DNA of 64,000 bases from an uncultured delta proteobacterium (GTDB lineage Bacteria > Myxococcota > Kuafuiibacteriia > Kuafuiibacteriales > Kuafuiibacteriaceae). Positions 41,792 through 50,471 of the stretch are shown here, one piece after another. The DNA is taken from the NCBI GenBank assembly GCA_963803435.1, contig CAWDML010000001.1:1152001-1216000 (forward strand), written 5' to 3'. Each line of letters begins with the position of its first letter. The first letter of the stretch is position 1. Under the pieces are notes generated by a model. The model was not told the origin of the DNA, ran no database searches, and was given only the letters and a program-made list of their open reading frames with translations. Made by a program: the position numbers and the translations under genes.

Positions 41792-42892
41792 GTGGTGCTC
41801 CCTGTCTCGCCTCCTGTCGCACCGATGCTGGCCAAGCTCCTTCGAGACTTTCCCGAGAGCTCGGACGGCCTGATCTTCGAGCCCAAGTGGGACGGCTTTC
41901 GCGCGATCGTGTTCCGCGACGGCGACCGTATCTACACGCAGAGCCGCGACCAGAAGCCGCTCGATCGCTACTTCCCGGAGCTGAACGCGCCCTTTCTCGA
42001 GAACCTCCCCGAACGCTCGGTCCTCGACGGCGAGATCGTCATCGCCGGCCCGGACGGGCTCGACTTCGGCGCATTGCAACTCAGGTTGCACCCGGCGGCC
42101 TCACGGGTGGAGAAGCTGGCGGGCGAGACCCCGGCCTCCTTCGTCGCCTTCGACGTGCTGGCGCTCGGCGACGAGTCTCTGCTCGAGGTCCCCTTCGAGG
42201 AACGTCGCGCTCGCCTCGAGGAGGCGCTCGCCGGTGTGCGCCCCCCGATCTACCTCACGCCCGCGACCCGGAACGGCGACACCGCCCGCGACTGGTTCGC
42301 CCGCTTCGAGGGCGCCGGCCTCGACGGCGTGATCGCGAAGCCGACCGATCTCTTTTACCAGCCGAACAAGCGCGTCATGCTGAAGATCAAGCACCGCCGT
42401 ACCGCCGACTGCGCGGTCGCAGGGTTCCGCTGGTACAAGGAGGGCAAGGGCGAGCTGATCGGCTCCCTGCTCCTGGGCCTCTACGACGAGGAAGGACGGC
42501 TCCACCACGTCGGCATCACCTCCTCGTTCACCGCGGCCATGCGCCGCGAGCTCGCGGGAGAGCTGGAGCCGCTCCGCAAGGACGCGATCGAGGATCATCC
42601 CTGGGCGAGCTGGGCCGAGTGGATGAAGGACGAGCCCACGCGAAGACCGGGGATGACCAGCCGCTGGAACCGCGGCAAGGATCTCAGCTGGGAGCCGCTC
42701 CGGATCGAGCGCGTGGTCGAGGTGGCGTACGACGGCCTTCAGGGGAGCCGCTTCCGTCACGGCACCAGCTTTGTCCGCTGGCGTCCCGACAAGTCACCCG
42801 GCGACTGTACCTTCGCGCAGTTCGAGGTGACGCCGCCGTACGAGCTCGCGGAGATCTTCCGCGCTCACGCCCACTCCGACATCGGGTCGTAG
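41792..42892 (+). CDS. ligC: ATP-dependent DNA ligase (LigC type)
   Basis: LPVSPPVAPMLAK, FEPKWDGFR (adenylated Lys), LDGEIV, GAGLDGVIAK, SRWNRGKDLSWEPLR, RWRPDK. Confidence 0.9.
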   Translation: MVLPVSPPVAPMLAKLLRDFPESSDGLIFEPKWDGFRAIVFRDGDRIYTQSRDQKPLDRYFPELNAPFLENLPERSVLDGEIVIAGPDGLDFGALQLRLHPAASRVEKLAGETPASFVAFDVLALGDESLLEVPFEERRARLEEALAGVRPPIYLTPATRNGDTARDWFARFEGAGLDGVIAKPTDLFYQPNKRVMLKIKHRRTADCAVAGFRWYKEGKGELIGSLLLGLYDEEGRLHHVGITSSFTAAMRRELAGELEPLRKDAIEDHPWASWAEWMKDEPTRRPGMTSRWNRGKDLSWEPLRIERVVEVAYDGLQGSRFRHGTSFVRWRPDKSPGDCTFAQFEVTPPYELAEIFRAHAHSDIGS

Positions 42893-44119
42893 TCGGGATC
42901 GAGCGCCTCCTCTTCCGGGCGCATGTCCTCGGGGACGTGGATCAGGTTCACGCGGATCCGCGTCCAGACCGAGTAGCGGCCGCGCATGGCGTCGATCAGC
43001 ACGTCCGCGGGCTCGAGGTGCGGGACCACCTCGGCGTGCCGGTTCTTCCAGCGCTCGAGGCCCTCGAGCGCGTCCTCCTTCTTCTTGGCCCGCGCAATCT
43101 CAATCAACGGCATGCTCGACTTGCGGCGCCGTGAAGGCTGGACGCGCGGCGGCTCGTCCGCGGTCCTGGCGTAGTGCGGAGGCCAGGCCGCGTCGGTCTC
43201 GCCCTCGGCGGCCTGCCGCGACGCCAGCTCGAGCGCCTTCGACAGAATCGCCCGCGTACGCCTCCATCGCTCCGTGCGAGTAGCCCACCGCCTTGAAGCG
43301 GGCTGGGGCGGTCCGCAGGTTGAACTCGCGCGGGTCGGCGGTCTCCACCTCCTGCCAAGTGAGCGGCATCGACACGCGCGCGTCCGGGAGGGGTCGGACC
43401 GAGTACGCGCCGGCGGTCGTCCGATCCTTGGCGTTCTGGTTGTAGTCGAGGAACACGCCGTGGCGCTCCTCCTTCCACCAGCGGCTGGTCGCCAGACCCG
43501 GCGCCCGCCGCGCCACCTCGCGCGAGATCGCGAGCGCCGCCTGCCTCACCTCGGTGAAGACCCACTCGGTCCGGATGCGCACGTTGATGTGCATGCCCCT
43601 CGACCCGGAGGTCTTGGGCCAACCGGCGAGGCCAAGGTCCTCGAGCACCTCCCGAACCACGAAGGAGACCTTCCGCACCTGATCCCACTCGACGCCCGGC
43701 ACCGGATCGAGATCAATGCGGAGCTCGTCGGGATGATCGAGGTCCTCGGCGCGGATCGGATGCACGTGGAGCTCGATGCAACCCAGGTTGACGATCCACG
43801 CCAGCTGCGCCGCGTCTCGGAGGACAATCTCTTCGGCCGTCCGCCCCGAGGGGAAGCGGATCGTGACCGTCTCGACCCAGTCGGGGCGCGATTTGGGCGC
43901 ACGCTTCTGGTAGAACGCCTCCTTCGTCACGCCGTCGACGTACCGCTTCATCACGAGCGGGCGCCCACCCGCTGCCGCCAGCGCCCCCTCCGCCACCTCG
44001 AGGAAGTACTCGACCACGTCCAGCTTCGTGTAGCCGGTCTCCGGGAAGTAGACCTTGTCGGGGTTCGAGACCGCCACCTCGCGGCCCGCTACCTCCAGCA
44101 CGATGCGCTTCTTCGGCAT
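42865..44119 (-). CDS. LigD-Pol-type primase-polymerase (Prim-PolC-like); apparent +1 frameshift at ~43247
   Basis: VSNPDKVYFP, FYQKRAP, DELRIDLDP, PKTSGSRGMH, FLDYNQNA. Removing one base at GAATC 43245-43249 joins it to WPPHYAR...MPLIEIARAKKK (42865-43113 ORF). Confidence 0.85.
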
Positions 44120-44180
44120 TCCGGCGGCTACTCTACTTCGTCTTGCGTCGTGGCTGTGCTCTCCCCTACACCATCCTGCG

Positions 44181-45374
44181 ATGAAGCTCGCGATCATCGG
44201 CGGGGGCTCGACCTACACACCGGAGCTGGTGCATGGGCTGGCGACCCGCGCCACCGGCGTCACGCACGTCGCGCTGCTCGACGTGGATCCCGAGCGCCTC
44301 CGCGTGGTCGGCGGCTTCGTCCGCCGCATGGCGCCGGGACTGCGCATCGACGCCACCTCCGACCCGGACGCCGCGCTCGACGGCGCCGACTTCGTCGTCA
44401 CCCAGATCCGCGTGGGCGGACAAGCGGCGCGCCTCGAGGACGAGCGGCTCGGCCTGCGCCACGGCATCATCGGCCAGGAGACCACCGGCCCCGGCGGGCT
44501 CGCCAAGGCGCTCCGCACCATCCCGGTCCTCCTCGACCACGCTTTGCGCATCGAGCGCCGCGCGCCCGCGGCCACGCTGATCAACTTCACGAACCCGGTA
44601 TCGATCGTCACCGAGGCACTCCTCCAGCACGGGCGAACCAAGACGATCGGCCTCTGCAACATTCCCATCTCGCAGCGCATGGAGATCGCCGCCGAGCTCG
44701 GCGTGTCGCCGCGTGACGTGACCATCGACTCGGTCGGCCTCAACCATCTCAGCTTCATTCGCAGCGTCCTCGTGGGCGGGCGGGAGGTCCTCCCCAAGCT
44801 CCTCGCCGATCGTCCCCAGCTCGACCAGAGCCTCGGGACGATCCCGTCCGACTATCTCCGCTACTACTTCTTCGCGCGGGAGACCGTCGCGGAGCAGCGA
44901 GAGAGGACCAAACAGCGCGCAGAGGAGGTGATGGAGGTGGAGCGCGAGCTCCTCGACTACTACGCCGACCCGAGCCACTCCGAGCGCCCGGACGCCCTCC
45001 AGAAGCGCGGCGGAGCCTTCTACTCGCGCGCGGCGCTCGAGATCATGGAGGCGGTGGCCGGGGACACCGGCGCGAGGCTGATCGTCGACACCGTCAACTC
45101 CGCTTGCGTTCCCGAGCTGCCGGAGGGCTGCTGCATCGAGGTCCCGTGTACGGTGGGCGCGAAGGGTCCACGCCCGCTGCCCCAGCGCCCGCTCGAGCCG
45201 GCGATCCGCGGCTTGATCCAGCACGTGAAGGCGTACGAGGAGCTCGCTGTGAAGGCCGCGCTCTCGCGGTCTCGCCGGGATCTCTACCTGGCGCTGACCA
45301 CGCACCCGCTGATGCCCAGCGCGAACCTAGCCGGCACCATCGCCGGCGAGCTCGCCGGACGACTCGGCTGGTGA
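44181..45374 (+). CDS. GH4-family 6-phospho-beta-glucosidase-like glycosidase
   Basis: MKLAIIGGGSTYTPE, QIRVGG, GQETTGPGG, INFTNP, IGLCN, GLNH, RGGAFYS. Confidence 0.92.
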   Translation: MKLAIIGGGSTYTPELVHGLATRATGVTHVALLDVDPERLRVVGGFVRRMAPGLRIDATSDPDAALDGADFVVTQIRVGGQAARLEDERLGLRHGIIGQETTGPGGLAKALRTIPVLLDHALRIERRAPAATLINFTNPVSIVTEALLQHGRTKTIGLCNIPISQRMEIAAELGVSPRDVTIDSVGLNHLSFIRSVLVGGREVLPKLLADRPQLDQSLGTIPSDYLRYYFFARETVAEQRERTKQRAEEVMEVERELLDYYADPSHSERPDALQKRGGAFYSRAALEIMEAVAGDTGARLIVDTVNSACVPELPEGCCIEVPCTVGAKGPRPLPQRPLEPAIRGLIQHVKAYEELAVKAALSRSRRDLYLALTTHPLMPSANLAGTIAGELAGRLGW

Positions 45375-45382
45375 CGTCGGCT

Positions 45383-46861
45383 TCATCCCAGGGCCGCCGC
45401 GAGCGTGCGCTGCAGGCTGGCCGCGTCGAACGGCTTCTGCAGGAAGCCCTTGGCACCCCGGGTCGTGATGTCGTCCTCGAGGGCGTCCTGGTTCCCCGTC
45501 ATCATGAGGATCCGCGCCTCCGGAACAATCATCCGCAGCGCGTCGAAGGTCTCGTCGCCGGCGAGGCCGGGCATCAACAAATCGAGCAACACCACGGAGA
45601 TGACGTGGTGCCAGCGCTGGAACATGTCGAGCGCCTCGGTTCCGCTGCTCGCCTCCAGCACACGATAGCCCATGTGGCGGAGCAGCCGCGCCGTGCCCGT
45701 ACGAAAGAGATCGTCGTCGTCGACCACCAGCACCGTGGCGCCGGTGCCCTCCTCCGCCGAGGTGTCGGTACGCCGTGACTCTTCGAGCGGGACTCCGGCC
45801 GGCAAGAACATGCGGATGACCGTCCGCCGTCCGATCTCGCTCTCCACCTGCACGTCGCCGCCGTGGTTCTTGACGATGCCGTACACCATGGAGAGCCCCA
45901 GCCCGGTGCCCCGGCCGATCGGCTTGGTGGTGAAGAACGGCTCGAATGCGCGCGCGCGGGTGTGTTCGTCCATCCCGACGCCGCTGTCCTCGACGTCGAC
46001 CACCACGTGCGGGCGATGCGCGAGCAGGTGCGACGGTGAGCGTGAGGGATCGTCGTCGCCGCTGCGGATGCGGATGGTGAGCGTGCCGCCGTTCGGCATC
46101 GCGTCGCATCCGTTGATCACGAGATTCATCAGCACCTGATGGAGCTGATTCGGATCGCCGATCACGATCTGATCGTCGTCGGCCTCGAGGTCGAACTCGA
46201 TCGCGGGCGACACGCTGCGCCGGGTCAGCCGGAGGACCTCCTCCGCGATCTGTTTCAGATCCGTGGGGCGATCTTGATACTTGCCCTGGCGGGCGAAGCC
46301 GAGGAGCTGGCGCGTCAGCTCGACCGCACGCCGGAGCGCCCGGCCGGAGTCGGAGAGCGCCGAGGCGACCTCGCTCTCACCGAGCGGGGTGTCCGGCGTC
46401 ATGCTGGTGAGAAACTCGAGGTTGGTGAGGACCGTGGCGAGAAGGTTGTTGAAGTCGTGGGCGATCCCGCCGGCGAGGCGTCCGAGCGACTCCATCTTCT
46501 GTGACTGCAGGAACTGCTCTTCGAGACGATCGCGATGGGTGAACAGGAGGATCGCGCTGGTCCCCACCGTCAAACGATCACCGAAGTGGAGCTCGGCCCG
46601 CGTGACCGGGATGCCGTTGACCCGCATGCCGTTGCGGCTGCCGAGGTCGGCGACGAAGTAGCGGCCGGCCTCGCGATGGATCCGAGCGTGGTGTCGCGAC
46701 ACGTCGGTCCCGGTGATACAGATGTGCGCGTCCGGAGAGCGGCCGATCAGGATCTGTTCCTCGACGCGATAGCTACGGCCCGCGTTCTCGCCCGCGAGAA
46801 TGATGATGCTCGCCAGAAGCGTCTCGCCTCTCTCGGGCGCACCATTCCTTTGCTCTGTCAT
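45383..46861 (-). CDS. FHA-domain hybrid sensor histidine kinase (FHA-HisKA-HATPase-REC)
   Basis: IGRS...VSRHHA..DLGSRNG; AHDFNN; NLVINGCDAM, DSGVGM, PFFTTK, GTGLGL; REC LVVDDD..LLDLLMP..QKPF. Confidence 0.92.
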   Translation of the reverse strand: MTEQRNGAPERGETLLASIIILAGENAGRSYRVEEQILIGRSPDAHICITGTDVSRHHARIHREAGRYFVADLGSRNGMRVNGIPVTRAELHFGDRLTVGTSAILLFTHRDRLEEQFLQSQKMESLGRLAGGIAHDFNNLLATVLTNLEFLTSMTPDTPLGESEVASALSDSGRALRRAVELTRQLLGFARQGKYQDRPTDLKQIAEEVLRLTRRSVSPAIEFDLEADDDQIVIGDPNQLHQVLMNLVINGCDAMPNGGTLTIRIRSGDDDPSRSPSHLLAHRPHVVVDVEDSGVGMDEHTRARAFEPFFTTKPIGRGTGLGLSMVYGIVKNHGGDVQVESEIGRRTVIRMFLPAGVPLEESRRTDTSAEEGTGATVLVVDDDDLFRTGTARLLRHMGYRVLEASSGTEALDMFQRWHHVISVVLLDLLMPGLAGDETFDALRMIVPEARILMMTGNQDALEDDITTRGAKGFLQKPFDAASLQRTLAAALG

Positions 46862-46961
46862 TCCGAGGCGTTACGATAGCGCTCGGCCGCAGCGGCCTGC
46901 AACCGCCCGCGGCGCTTTTACCCACTGTCCCCACTCCATCCATGGATGTCATCCTTGGCGA

Positions 46962-47531
46962 ATGGCATCGGATCTCGCGCCGGGTTTCTTGGTCGCGGCC
47001 CCGACCCTGCTGGATCCCAACTTCAGACAGTCGGTCGTCCTCCTGATCGAGCATCGCGCGGATGGCTCCCTCGGGTTCATCGTCAATCGCCCCGCGGAGA
47101 TCACGTTCGGCGGCGTGATCCAGGAGCTTGGATTGGGCACGAAGGACCATCAGCCGCCGAACGTCCCCGTGCTCGTCGGCGGTCCGGTCGCGCCTCACAC
47201 GGGATGGATCGTGTTCGACCCGACATCGACCAATGTTTCGCTCGATAGCACGATAGAGGTGACCTCCCATCTCCGCGTGAGCGCTTCGCGCGAGCTCTTG
47301 CGAGAGCTCGCCGGCGGCGACCACCGCACGAACCGCCAGCTCTTGGTGCTCGGCTACGCGGGCTGGGGCGCCGGGCAGCTCGACACCGAGATCAAGCAGG
47401 GCGCGTGGATCCCGGTGGATCTCGATGAAGCGGTCGTATTCGACACGCCCTATCAGCATCGATGGAATGCGGCGCTTGCGGCGCTGGGGATCGATCCCCT
47501 GCATTTGGTGGGGTCGGCGCCGGAGGCTTAG
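46962..47531 (+). CDS. YqgE/AlgH family protein
   Basis: LVAAP.LLDPNFRQSVVLL, GFIVNRP, GGPV, LGYAGWGAGQL. Confidence 0.92.
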   Translation: MASDLAPGFLVAAPTLLDPNFRQSVVLLIEHRADGSLGFIVNRPAEITFGGVIQELGLGTKDHQPPNVPVLVGGPVAPHTGWIVFDPTSTNVSLDSTIEVTSHLRVSASRELLRELAGGDHRTNRQLLVLGYAGWGAGQLDTEIKQGAWIPVDLDEAVVFDTPYQHRWNAALAALGIDPLHLVGSAPEA

Positions 47532-47532
47532 C

Positions 47533-48213
47533 TCAGCGGAGCCGTCGCCAGAGCGAGGTGTACGAGATCCCGAGGGCGGCGGCGGCCTCCTTGAGGCTGC
47601 CCCACTCGCGGACCGCGGCCTTGATGTGCGCGCGTTCGAACTGCGCGCGGGCCTCGCGGAGCGCCATGATCTCTTCGAGGGTCGTCGGGAGCGGCGGCCC
47701 ACACGGCGGTCCTTCCGGCGGTGCGTAGTTCTGGATGAACCCGTGGAACAGCTGCATCCGAGCCTCGCGGAGCGCGCTGGCGATCGCCTCGTGCTCCCGT
47801 CGATAGCTGCGGAGCAGATGAACCTCGTAGGCCTTCTGCAACCACTCGGCGAGGATCTGCTTGTTCGGGTTCGGATCCACCCAGCGCACGTGCTCGCGCG
47901 CCAGACTCATCCGCGCCGCCGACTCATCCTGATCACCGCCGCCGCCGATGAGGATCGTCGGCACCCGCCGATCCACGTTGGCGTCCGTCCACCGGAGAAG
48001 ATCCGTCAAGAAGGGACCGGAGGCCGCGACGCTCACCGCCAGGCCTTCGACCACCCCCGGGCCGTTCTCCCCGACCACCTCGAGGGCCGACGCGCACGAG
48101 AGCACCTCGAGCGGCCAGTCCTTCTCGCGGATGATCGCCTCGAAGGCGCTGGAGAGACCGCCTCGGTCCACCACGACCAGGCGAAACTTTCGAATCGAAG
48201 GTCTATGAGCCAT
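47533..48213 (-). CDS. Receiver-like + Fis-type HTH protein, no AAA+ domain (paralog A)
   Basis: C-terminal LREARAQFERAHIKAAVREWGSLKEAAAALGISYTSLWRRLR; N-terminal LVVVD degenerate REC-like fold. Confidence 0.68.
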   Translation of the reverse strand: MAHRPSIRKFRLVVVDRGGLSSAFEAIIREKDWPLEVLSCASALEVVGENGPGVVEGLAVSVAASGPFLTDLLRWTDANVDRRVPTILIGGGGDQDESAARMSLAREHVRWVDPNPNKQILAEWLQKAYEVHLLRSYRREHEAIASALREARMQLFHGFIQNYAPPEGPPCGPPLPTTLEEIMALREARAQFERAHIKAAVREWGSLKEAAAALGISYTSLWRRLR

Positions 48214-48901
48214 CGAGGATCGTCTCCCTTCGGAGTCGCCGCGACAGGGTCGCAGACGACACGCCCAGGTGGAGCGCCGCTTCGCGTGCGCTCCCGCACA
48301 GCTGTTGGACCCGATCGATGTAGGCCCGCTCGAAGGCTTCACTCGCCTCTTCGAGATGGAAGATCGACATGGGTCCGACCGGCAGCGGTGGCGGCTGGAA
48401 CGTGGACAGGTCGTCGCTCATGCTCTCCGGCGGGTGCCCGAGGATCTCGAGCTCCCGGTTGAGGAGACGGCGCGCTTCGCAACGACTCGCCAGCTCGAGC
48501 GCAATCAGTGCGCGAAAATCGAGCCCCCGGTTCAACAGGGGCAACAGTGCTTCCTCCGTTTGCTCCGTAAAAACATCCATCGCCCCGGCGGCGCGCAGAT
48601 TGGACGAAGCTACAGGATCGGGCGTGTATGCGATGACGCCAATGACGAGGTTCTCGACGGCGAGCGCCTCGAGCACAGGCATGACGGCATCCTCGCCGGC
48701 CACGATCACAGAGATCCTTGCGGACCTTGCAGCTTTGACCGCGTCTGCCACCGCGCGATGCCCGTGCAGCCCCTCATCGCCGACCATCCGGTTGATGAGC
48801 GGGAGCACGACCTCGCAATCCAAGACGTGGACGTGAGTGTCGGTGGGAAGTCCATACTGCTTCAATGCAGCTTCGACTTCTACTGATAGAAGTGGCACCA
48901 A
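48203..48901 (-). CDS. Receiver-like + Fis-type HTH protein, no AAA+ domain (paralog B)
   Basis: C-terminal LEEASEAFERAYIDRVQQLCGSAREAALHLGVSSATLSRRLRR; LRAAGAMDVF; start uncertain. Confidence 0.62.
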   Translation of the reverse strand: MVPLLSVEVEAALKQYGLPTDTHVHVLDCEVVLPLINRMVGDEGLHGHRAVADAVKAARSARISVIVAGEDAVMPVLEALAVENLVIGVIAYTPDPVASSNLRAAGAMDVFTEQTEEALLPLLNRGLDFRALIALELASRCEARRLLNRELEILGHPPESMSDDLSTFQPPPLPVGPMSIFHLEEASEAFERAYIDRVQQLCGSAREAALHLGVSSATLSRRLRRETILDGS

Positions 48902-48997
48902 GACTGGCGGAGCATACACCTCGATTTCCGTTCCGCCCAGGCACAAAGGATCGCACGCCCGCCCCGTACCGCGTACATGTGAGCAAACGGAGGAAGT

Positions 48998-49906
48998 TTG
49001 TGCGAGGAGATGAACCCCAGGTGGGCCCAAGGGTCAGGTGCCGTAGATCAGCGGTTTCCGTATGATCAATGCGCCGTGGGGTGGTGGGGATGCGGAACGA
49101 TCAGCGCGCTGGGCGCGCTCGTGATCCTCAGCGCGGAAGGCCGCGCCACCGCTGGATCTGAGGGATCCGACACCCGGATTGACCGCTTCTGTCGTCTGCT
49201 CCGCACGGACCACTCTTTCAAGATTCGCGCGTTGTCCGCCAAGAAGCTCGGCGAGCTCGACGACGCGAGCGCGCAAGGACTTCCGAAGATCGTTGCAGCA
49301 CTGACGGATGGCTTGGTCGACGACAACGCGCTCGTGCGCGGACTGTGCATCAAGGGCCTGGTGCGGCATCGCGCCCTCGGCGCGGTGGGACGCCTGACGT
49401 ACCTGGCGCGCTTCGACCCCGAGGACGCCGTCAAGAACGCCGCCGAGGACGCGATCGCCGAGCTGAAACGGCAAGCCAGCTTGCATCCTCGCGACCCTGA
49501 GCATCGCCCGCGCAAGCATGGTCCGGTCACACTCTCGATCGGCTCGGTCCAGGTGGAGCCGACCCCCGAGCTCTCCCGTCACGTGGCCGACCTCCTGAAG
49601 GCGATCGTTCGCGACGCTGTCGAGGACCAGATCGAGCCCCACAAGCCCGCGATCTTTCCCCGGGAGGATCCGGATCTCCGGCTCGACGTCACCATCGCCT
49701 GCAGCATCACCTCGGAGCAAAACCTCCAGGTCGAGGTCCGGGTGGTGCTGGTCCAGCTCCCCGACGCCCATCTCCGCCACGCGTCTCGGGCCATGGCGCG
49801 GACGAAGCACGACAAGCGGAGGAGCAACGAGCTGGAGCGCCAGCTCGCGCTGAAGGCGGCGAGCCGCGCCGTCTCCGACGCGCTGGCGCTGGTCTACGGC
49901 AGCTGA
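48998..49906 (+). CDS. HEAT-repeat secreted protein
   Basis: LRTDHSFKIRALSAKKLG, LVDDNALVRG, DPEDAVKNAA; hydrophobic segment near the N-terminus; true start probably downstream of 48998. Confidence 0.62.
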   Translation: MCEEMNPRWAQGSGAVDQRFPYDQCAVGWWGCGTISALGALVILSAEGRATAGSEGSDTRIDRFCRLLRTDHSFKIRALSAKKLGELDDASAQGLPKIVAALTDGLVDDNALVRGLCIKGLVRHRALGAVGRLTYLARFDPEDAVKNAAEDAIAELKRQASLHPRDPEHRPRKHGPVTLSIGSVQVEPTPELSRHVADLLKAIVRDAVEDQIEPHKPAIFPREDPDLRLDVTIACSITSEQNLQVEVRVVLVQLPDAHLRHASRAMARTKHDKRRSNELERQLALKAASRAVSDALALVYGS

Positions 49907-49913
49907 GCGCTAG

Positions 49914-49978
49914 GAGCGTGTAGCGCGTAGCGCTACCGCGAGCCCGGTCCGGGTCCCGGTCCCGGTCCCGGTCCCGAT
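49914..49978 (+). repeat. Left terminal inverted repeat containing a (CCCGGT)n hexamer tract
   Basis: GAGCGTGTAGCGCGTAGCGCTACCGCGAGCCCGGTCCGGGTCCCGGTCCCGGTCCCGGTCCCGAT. Confidence 0.88.
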
Positions 49979-49983
49979 GGCGA

Positions 49984-50352
49984 TCATGCAGCCCGGCGTG
50001 CGTTCATCGACTTGATGAGGCGCGTGAGCCTCTCGACAACGCGCTCGAGCTTGGCTCTGGCGGCTTGGACCTTCTGCTCGTTGGCGAGTCGGCGCCTCGA
50101 GCAGGTGTGGAGTGAGGCGGCGCTTTCGGTGCCAGAGCGAAGTGCCATCCGGTAGAAGCGAGCCTTCTCAGGTGGATTGAGCTCTCCGGCGCCCTCGGCG
50201 GTGTTGTTCACGATGGAATCGGATGCCCGCCGAAGCTGATCGCGGACGTGAGCGTGACCGGGTTGCAGTTCTTGTGCGATCTCTTCAGCGATGTCGGCAT
50301 ACTCGACGGCGAGCTGGTAGACCTCGAGCTTCTCGTGATCGAAAGTGACCAT
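49984..50352 (-). CDS. Four helix bundle protein (23S rRNA-IVP/Avd-like)
   Basis: FDHEKLEVYQLA...DQLRRASDSIVNNTAEGAG...KARFYRMALRSGTE; 122 aa. Confidence 0.9.
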   Translation of the reverse strand: MVTFDHEKLEVYQLAVEYADIAEEIAQELQPGHAHVRDQLRRASDSIVNNTAEGAGELNPPEKARFYRMALRSGTESAASLHTCSRRRLANEQKVQAARAKLERVVERLTRLIKSMNARRAA

Positions 50353-50471
50353 GCAAGCTAGCTTGCGGTAGCTCGTCCACTTTGACCAGCAGAAGTTCTT
50401 GGAGGTCGTTTCGTCTGGAATCGATCGTTGGGCGGATCGACTTCGACGCCTGGACTTGATCCCATGGTTTC

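Noticed and set aside
49984-50352. Avd-like gene as a sign of a diversity-generating retroelement
   Set aside because: No reverse transcriptase and no TR/VR repeat pair seen in the window.
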